Assembly (NCBI GenBank): GCA_049366715.1
Contig: JBMNCQ010000004.1
Span: forward strand, 100,470-164,469
Direction of reading: 5' to 3'
Source of the DNA: Peptococcaceae bacterium
GTDB taxonomy: Bacteria > Bacillota > Peptococcia > Peptococcales > BICA1-8
Length of the DNA: 64,000 nucleotides
Part shown: positions 58,581 through 64,000 of the stretch, piece after piece
How positions within the stretch are numbered: position 1 is the stretch's first letter
Layout of the letters: every line of letters begins with the position of its first letter
Translations under genes and position numbers: made by a program
The notes under the pieces: model-generated
Database searches by the model: none
Told to the model about the DNA's origin: nothing
The model's input: the letters and a program-made list of their open reading frames with translations, nothing else

Positions 58581-59360
58581 CTAGGCCTTGAAAATCAGGT
58601 TTGGGGAAACCCCTAATATTCTTGCCGCCTGTCTTTGCGTTATTCCTTCTATTTTTTTAACCTTTTGTAAAATTTTATCCCTCTCGATCTTAGGAAGACT
58701 CTTTATTTGTGCGATTTCAACTCCAGTAATCAGCTTTAAGATTTCTTCTCTTACCTTCTCATCGGATAGCTGTACTTTTTCATTAAATCCCACATCTAAA
58801 CATCGATCATTATTTTCTCGTTCATTAAATTCCCTGAAACGCAACATAGCTGTATTCTCAACATCCGCAAACATCTGCAGGACAAAGCCGGTATTTAATA
58901 ATCCCACCGGTACAATGTTCTGTCCATAATATCCTGGACAACTGCTCCATTGCCAGTTCTCAAGTTTTTTTACCATTCCTGCCTGCCGGGGGTTTTGATG
59001 AATATATCTAAGTACGCTTAATAAATATTCGTTTGATTCTACCTTTTCGCTTCTAAATCTATCCTGAAAAAGATGACCTGTTGTTTTATATTTCTGATTA
59101 TAATACCATACAAAGCTCACCCCGATCCGCTTCATGGTAACAGAAAGGTCTTCATCACCCTCTTTTAAAAGAAGATGCAGATGATTGCTCATTAAACACC
59201 ATCCATATATTTCCATTTCAGCCGCCAATTTATATTTCTTTAAAATTTCCAGAAATCTTAATTTGTCTTCATCATCATGAAAAATCTCCTGTTTATTCGC
59301 TCCTCTGATCATTATGTGATATATCCCGCTTGCACTTTTCTCTCTAGCCACACGGGGCAT
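58581..59360 (-). CDS. REP-associated tyrosine transposase-like protein (Y1/HUH, IS200-like fold) with C-terminal HTH
   Basis: HUH motif CLMSNHLHLLL and Tyr helix LRYIHQNPRQAGMV. C-terminal HTH GITQRQAARILGVSPNLI. Start set to the ATG at 59360, after GAGGTGA. Confidence 0.8.
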   Translation of the reverse strand: MPRVAREKSASGIYHIMIRGANKQEIFHDDEDKLRFLEILKKYKLAAEMEIYGWCLMSNHLHLLLKEGDEDLSVTMKRIGVSFVWYYNQKYKTTGHLFQDRFRSEKVESNEYLLSVLRYIHQNPRQAGMVKKLENWQWSSCPGYYGQNIVPVGLLNTGFVLQMFADVENTAMLRFREFNERENNDRCLDVGFNEKVQLSDEKVREEILKLITGVEIAQIKSLPKIERDKILQKVKKIEGITQRQAARILGVSPNLIFKA

Positions 59361-59410
59361 CTTAATCACCTCAAATTTATTTTTAATCTATTATAACATT
59401 CCCCATTTTT

Positions 59411-59440
59411 GGAAGCAAAAGAACCGTCCCCGTGCTGTTC
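59411..59440 (-). repeat. Hairpin repeat copy H (class 2, inverted)
   Basis: GGAAGCA-aaAGAACCGTCCCCg-TGCTGTTC. The second arm carries a 1-nt insertion and a mismatch. Confidence 0.8.
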
Positions 59441-59493
59441 AAAGGACCATTAATTTCCGGAAGAACTCCGCCCCGGCATCAATACCGCCGGGA

Positions 59494-60552
59494 TTATAGA
59501 CCGTGTCCTGCACGCAACCCATTGCTACCGGCTGCCTTTTTAATATCTTCAATAAAAGCTAATACTTTTTCTTCTTTCGTTGCCCAGGAGGTAACGAGCC
59601 GGATAGCTGAACGATCAGCATTAACCTTTTCCCAGACATAAAAAGCATATTTCTGCTGCAGTTCAGCTATTACAGCATTTGGAAGTATGGGAAATATCTG
59701 ATTGGACGGAGAATGGATAAGAAATCCGAAGCCTGCCTTTTTTATTTCCTCCCGAAGTAAACCCGCCATCTTATTTGCATGTTGCGCCAGATCAAAATAC
59801 AGGTTATCCTCGAAAAGCTCCCAAAATTGTATCCCCAGGATTCTGCCTTTAGCCAGGAGAGCCCCCTTTTGTTTCATATGAAAGCGGAAGTTATCCTTAA
59901 GTGATTCATTGCATATGATCAGCGCCTCACCCAGGAGGGCTCCGTTTTTCGTTCCTCCTATGTAAAAAGCGTCCGCCAGTATGCCGAGGTCTTTCAGTTC
60001 CAGGTCATTCTCTGCGCAGCACAAAGCAGAACCCAGTCTGGCGCCGTCCATAAATAAAAAGAGATTATTTTCCCGGCAGAACCTGTTTAATTCTTGCAGT
60101 TCGGACTTATGATAAATTGATCCGATCTCTGTTGAATTAGAGATATACACCAGTTTGGGTTTAACCATGTGTTCATCAGTATGGATGTCAAGTACAGCTT
60201 TAATGCGGGCAGGGCTGACTTTTCCGTCGCCGGTTTCAACAGATATTACTTTATGGCCCGTCCCCTCTATGGCACCGGTCTCATGCACCAAAATATGACC
60301 TGTATGGCAGGCAATCACAGCCTCATATGGTTTTAGAAATGCTGAAATAGCCGTAAGATTAGTTTGGGTACCACCTACAAAGAAATGAATATCTATATCA
60401 TCTCTGCCGATTTTCTGTTTTAACAGTTCACTTGCTTTTTGCGAATAACTATCACAACCATAACCTGCAGCCTGTTCAAGGTTGGACTCTAATAATGCAT
60501 GCAAGATTCTGGGATGTGCTCCTTCACTATAATCGTTCTTAAAGCTATACAC
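59494..60552 (-). CDS. Low-specificity threonine aldolase (beta-eliminating lyase fold, PLP)
   Basis: YSFKNDYSEGAHPRIL..GYGCDSY..FFVGGTQTNL and PLP-lysine motif IGGTKNGALLGEA. Start set to the GTG at 60552, 9 nt after GGGGAGG. Confidence 0.85.
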   Translation of the reverse strand: MYSFKNDYSEGAHPRILHALLESNLEQAAGYGCDSYSQKASELLKQKIGRDDIDIHFFVGGTQTNLTAISAFLKPYEAVIACHTGHILVHETGAIEGTGHKVISVETGDGKVSPARIKAVLDIHTDEHMVKPKLVYISNSTEIGSIYHKSELQELNRFCRENNLFLFMDGARLGSALCCAENDLELKDLGILADAFYIGGTKNGALLGEALIICNESLKDNFRFHMKQKGALLAKGRILGIQFWELFEDNLYFDLAQHANKMAGLLREEIKKAGFGFLIHSPSNQIFPILPNAVIAELQQKYAFYVWEKVNADRSAIRLVTSWATKEEKVLAFIEDIKKAAGSNGLRAGHGL

Positions 60553-60743
60553 TTTACTAAACCTCCCCTTTATTCTCCACTTATCTCTCCGTCTCACCAT
60601 GAGCAAAACAGGACGTTTCTTAAATTCTTTACCATTTCTTCTCCCTCTCTTTCCTTAAAACCTTCCTCCGAGGTTCCTAAAACTTTATTTTATTTTATCC
60701 TATATATATCCCGCCGGTATTATTAAAAAGCACAGCACTCCTC

Positions 60744-60764
60744 GGAAGCAGGAGAACCGTCCCC
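60744..60764 (-). repeat. Hairpin repeat copy I (class 2, inverted; one arm decayed)
   Basis: GGAAGCA-ggAGAACCGTCCCC followed by a tandem CCCATGTTTTTCT x2 (60761-60790). Confidence 0.75.
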
Positions 60765-60992
60765 ATGTTTTTCTCCCATGTTTTTCTTGTCAAAAAGTCA
60801 TAAAAAATCCTGTGCATCATGGGCATCGTCATTTGTGCATTAATGTAATGCTACATGCTCTGTATCCATTAATTTACAGGTAACCATAAGCTACCAGACC
60901 GTTAGCTTAAAAATATTGCGGCCCTCCACCCTACCCGGGAGGCCATTGAGAGTATCCAAATAAACATTCATACTATTCATATAATTATTAAC

Positions 60993-61042
60993 GATAAGGA
61001 AAATTTTTTTGTAGCCTAGGCGACAAAAAATTTTCCTTTATC
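60993..61042. promoter_or_regulatory. Long inverted repeat upstream of the OPT transporter gene
   Basis: GATAAGGAAAATTTTTTTGT-agcctaggcg-ACAAAAAATTTTCCTTTATC, about 19-20 bp arms with two indels. Lies 62 bp upstream of the ATG at 61104. Confidence 0.5.
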
Positions 61043-61103
61043 ATTGCTAAAATTATATTACGCACGAGATCATAATTAAATGAAAGAAAAGGAGGTCCTT
61101 ATA

Positions 61104-62795
61104 ATGTCTGAACAAAATGATAATACAGTCGATCCAATTGAATTAATGATTGATGAAGCAATGAAAAAGCCCCATCCCCAAACATTAAACCCGATAATTT
61201 TCGTTGTAACTATTTGTGTTTCAATCCTAGGTGCCATCATTGGAATGGAACTAATTACAAGCTTGGGGGTAAACCCCAATACTTCCATTATCGGTGCATT
61301 GATTGCAGTTGCCATCGGGTTTATTCCGCTAAAAATGTTTGATCAATTTCGAAGTATCCACACACAAAACCTTGTAGAGACTGGTATTTCAGCAGCGACA
61401 TTTGGTGCGGGCAATGTCATGATTTATGCATTAAGTGTCTGCTGGCTACTGGGTCTCACGGATATCATTCCAGCAATGCTGGTTGGTGCTTCTATCGGTA
61501 TGCTTATCGACATTACAGTATTATATTGGCTGTACGATACATCCGTTTTCCCGGCAAAAGATGCCTGGCCACTGGGAATCGCAACTAGTGAAACAATTTT
61601 AGCGGCTACGGAAAAAGGCAAAAAAGCCTTAATCCTGGTCTGCGGCGCGGTAGTCGGCGCCTTCGGCTCATGGATCAAAATCCCGATGGACATTATAGGT
61701 ATTTGTACCATTGGAAACCTCTGGGCACTATCAATGTTCTGCATCGGACTGATTCTCAGGGGATATGTTTGCCCGTGGTTTAATTTCAAGCTTGACGACT
61801 ATTACATACCACACGGAATGATGATCGGTGCCGGACTTGTAGCAATGATTCAGATTTGGATAATAATTAGTAAGGAATCCAAGAAAAAGAAAATGAAGCA
61901 AATGTCATTGAAGACAGATGCTGAACTTGCCACAACAATCACGGAAACTATACAACCAGGAGAGCCAACTAGAAGTGCAGACGATATGAAAAAAGGGCTT
62001 ATCAAGGGGTATGTCCTATTTACACTGGGCGCAATTGCCATGGTAGTCATAGCAGGTCTCTGGACTGACATGAGCCTGCCTTGGCTCATCGGATTCATTT
62101 TATTTACGGCTGTCGCAGCAATTGCAACAGAGCTGATGATCGGGATCTCCGCAATGCACTCAGGCTGGTTCCCGGGCGTTGCGACAACACTGATCTTTCT
62201 CGTACTGGGAGTTTTAATCGGATTTCCGATTAGTGCAATGGCTTTAATCACTGGCTACGCAGCATCCACGGGTCCGGCATTTGCCGATATGGGCTATGAC
62301 TTAAAAGCCGGATGGATTCTTCGTGGCAAAGGCAAAAATCCCGCATTTGAACTCGAAGGAAGAAAACAGCAGTATATTGCCGAATTACTTGGTGGGATTG
62401 TGGCTATTATCATAGGGTCAGTAGCATACACCGGCTACTTTGTCAGAGATCTCGTTCCGCCTGCGTCCAGAGTTTTGGCAAAAACCATTGAAGCAGGTAT
62501 TAACCCTGAAATTATCAAATGGCTTGCAATTTTCGCAATATTCGGCGGTCTGATTCAGTTTATCGGCGGTCCGGAAAAACAACTCGGTATTTTGCTTTCC
62601 ACCGGTCTGCTGATTACAAATCCCAAAGCCGGCATTTTCGGTCTTGCAACAATCATCATCCGCTTCATTATTGAAAAGAAGTGGGGCAGCAAAGCCATGG
62701 ACCAGGTAATTGTTTTCGGTGCGGGCTTGATTGCAGGATCTGCACTCTTCAGTTTCTTTAATGGAACAATTGGGAATATAAAGAAGAAATTATAA
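61104..62795 (+). CDS. OPT-family (oligopeptide transporter-like) membrane protein
   Basis: About 563 aa, highly polytopic. Start set to MSEQND (ATG 61104), 7 nt after AAGGAGG. The family call is from overall pattern and gene context, and I did not verify it. Confidence 0.55.
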   Translation: MSEQNDNTVDPIELMIDEAMKKPHPQTLNPIIFVVTICVSILGAIIGMELITSLGVNPNTSIIGALIAVAIGFIPLKMFDQFRSIHTQNLVETGISAATFGAGNVMIYALSVCWLLGLTDIIPAMLVGASIGMLIDITVLYWLYDTSVFPAKDAWPLGIATSETILAATEKGKKALILVCGAVVGAFGSWIKIPMDIIGICTIGNLWALSMFCIGLILRGYVCPWFNFKLDDYYIPHGMMIGAGLVAMIQIWIIISKESKKKKMKQMSLKTDAELATTITETIQPGEPTRSADDMKKGLIKGYVLFTLGAIAMVVIAGLWTDMSLPWLIGFILFTAVAAIATELMIGISAMHSGWFPGVATTLIFLVLGVLIGFPISAMALITGYAASTGPAFADMGYDLKAGWILRGKGKNPAFELEGRKQQYIAELLGGIVAIIIGSVAYTGYFVRDLVPPASRVLAKTIEAGINPEIIKWLAIFAIFGGLIQFIGGPEKQLGILLSTGLLITNPKAGIFGLATIIIRFIIEKKWGSKAMDQVIVFGAGLIAGSALFSFFNGTIGNIKKKL

Positions 62796-62826
62796 TCAGG
62801 TGATACCGGAAGGGAGACTTAAGTAA

Positions 62827-63474
62827 ATGGTGAAAGTAGGATTAGTCAGAGTACTTACGGTTACCAGCGATAAAGCCCTTAAGTCACAAGAAGAAGTCAT
62901 CCTTAAAAACTATGCAGGTATTGAAATTACGTCAAGATGCATTTTAGACCAACCGGAAGGCATTTACGATGATAAAACCGAGCAAATCGCTATACCAAAA
63001 ATTTTAAAACTCGCAAAGGATTTTGAGCAGGAGGGATATGACCTTGTCTATATAAGCTGTGCCGCGGACCCAGGAGTTAGAGAATGCCGCACGGTACTTA
63101 AGATCCCAGTGATCGGTGCAGGATCCTGCTGCGCTTCTATGGCGGTAAGTTTGGGTCAGCACATTGGTGTGCTAGGCATTACCGCCGGTGTACCAAAGGT
63201 TATGCAGGAAATTATCGGGGAGCGTTTTGTTAAAATTATCAAGCCTGCAGGAGTCAGTTCGGTACTGGATATTTTAGTGCCGGGCGGCGCAGAAAAATGC
63301 ATCTCCTCAGCTAAAGAACTTGCTGAATCAGGCTGCGATGTAATTGCACTTGCCTGCGCAGGATTTTCCACTCTGGGAATTTATAAAGAGATCAAAAAAC
63401 AAACAGGGCTAATAGTCATAGACCCAGTCATGGCAGCCGGCGGAGTCATTGCAGCAATGAGGCCTTTTATTTAA
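62827..63474 (+). CDS. AroM / Asp-Glu-hydantoin-racemase-superfamily protein
   Basis: 215 aa with two Rossmann-like halves and conserved Cys-containing loops (YISCAADPG, IALACAGFS). Confidence 0.55.
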   Translation: MVKVGLVRVLTVTSDKALKSQEEVILKNYAGIEITSRCILDQPEGIYDDKTEQIAIPKILKLAKDFEQEGYDLVYISCAADPGVRECRTVLKIPVIGAGSCCASMAVSLGQHIGVLGITAGVPKVMQEIIGERFVKIIKPAGVSSVLDILVPGGAEKCISSAKELAESGCDVIALACAGFSTLGIYKEIKKQTGLIVIDPVMAAGGVIAAMRPFI

Positions 63475-63561
63475 TTTAAAAGAAAATGTAATTTTTAAAA
63501 CACTAAGATAAGCATATTGAAATTAAATGTAATTTTTGAACGAATAGGAGGAAATGCTACT

Positions 63562-64000
63562 ATGTTACTCAAGCAGACAGTTGAAGTGCTAGATTTATTA
63601 GACAGCTCAACAGCAAATGGCGAAGAGATAAAAGAACTTTTACTCTCTCGCGGGCTTAAAAATGTGAAAACAAAAACCGTCGAAGGGAAAACCGGGAGCA
63701 CTGATTTCATTAAGGCAGTCATCCCTGGAACAAACGGGAAGCTCAGCGGAGGCAAAGCACCAACCCTCGGTATCGTTGGGCGCCTTGGGGGGCTTGGCGC
63801 CCGTCCGACCCAGATCGGTTTTGTATCTGACGGAGACGGCGCGGCGGCGGTACTTGCAGCAGCTCTTAAATTTGGGGACATGCTGACACGCGGTGACGTG
63901 CTGGAAGGCGACACGATCATTGCAACACATATCTGCCCTAATGCACCGATTAATTATCCCATGATGGGTTCTCCTGTTGATATGACTGTAATGAACGAAA
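63562..64000 (+). CDS. DUF1177-like protein, partial (N-terminal 146 codons; continues past window end)
   Basis: My translation from the ATG at 63562 (RBS AGGAGG at 63546-63551) is MLLKQTVEVLDLLDSSTANGEEIKELL..TLGIVGRLGGLGARPTQIGFVSDGDGAA.., open to the window edge. It is missing from the ORF track because it has no stop. The family call is from memory. Confidence 0.55.
   Translation, partial: MLLKQTVEVLDLLDSSTANGEEIKELLLSRGLKNVKTKTVEGKTGSTDFIKAVIPGTNGKLSGGKAPTLGIVGRLGGLGARPTQIGFVSDGDGAAAVLAAALKFGDMLTRGDVLEGDTIIATHICPNAPINYPMMGSPVDMTVMNE

Larger units (their letters stand above)
58540..59440 (-). mobile_element. REPtron-like unit: RAYT-like transposase gene flanked by inverted hairpin repeats G and H
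   Basis: Hairpin G lies 15 bp 3' of the stop and hairpin H lies 51 bp 5' of the start, in opposite orientations with the same 12-nt core. Confidence 0.7.

Noticed and set aside
63495-63930. Two overlapping - strand ORFs (141 aa and 96 aa), rich in Pro, Ser and Ala.
   Set aside because: They are the antisense shadow of a well-formed + strand gene (63562 onward) that has an RBS and a DUF1177-like sequence.
1-64000. Search for defence systems, a prophage, integrons, CRISPR arrays, tRNA or rRNA genes and riboswitches.
   Set aside because: I found no nuclease, helicase, methylase or toxin gene sets, no phage structural genes, no spaced repeat arrays and no recognisable tRNA cloverleaf or rRNA segments. 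I recognised no riboswitch consensus in the long leaders (for example 55139-55538 and 60553-60743), but without covariance-model scans I cannot exclude one.

Overview
The window looks like chromosome from an anaerobic Firmicute (about 43-45% GC, AGGAGG-type RBSs, mostly - strand operons). I cannot name the species. The centre (23.7-37.6 kb) is a glycyl-radical-enzyme microcompartment locus. I identify it as a choline trimethylamine-lyase (CutC/CutD, GRM1-type) locus because every published choline-contact residue of CutC is present at a constant +3 offset. It has several unusual features. A thioredoxin and an atypical thioredoxin-reductase fusion lead the operon. One of the two acylating aldehyde dehydrogenases carries Ser in place of the catalytic Cys. 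No alcohol dehydrogenase is encoded in the window. A cytoplasmic NPP-type alkaline-phosphatase-superfamily enzyme and a BCCT transporter flank the locus and share an upstream DNA motif. The observation least explained by gene annotation is a dispersed hairpin repeat family of nine copies. It has an invariant 12-nt core GGGGACGGTTCT and two different stem classes. One pair of copies brackets a RAYT-like HUH/Y1 transposase gene, and three other +/- pairs bracket an ECF sigma operon, sstT and an empty 210-bp segment. Three other accessory modules are present. The first is a TRAP transporter, DegT aminotransferase, HisD-like dehydrogenase and DcyD/CuyA-like lyase regulon with two near-identical HutC-type operators, which may degrade an organosulfonate or amino alcohol. 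The second is a signal-less three-component molybdoenzyme operon. The third is a TRAP, MBL-hydrolase, RraA-like, PanB-like and 2-hydroxyacid dehydrogenase cluster flanked by 39-bp direct repeats. I found no rRNA, tRNA, CRISPR array, prophage or recognisable defence system. All functional calls come from motif and family recognition by eye, and no database search was run.
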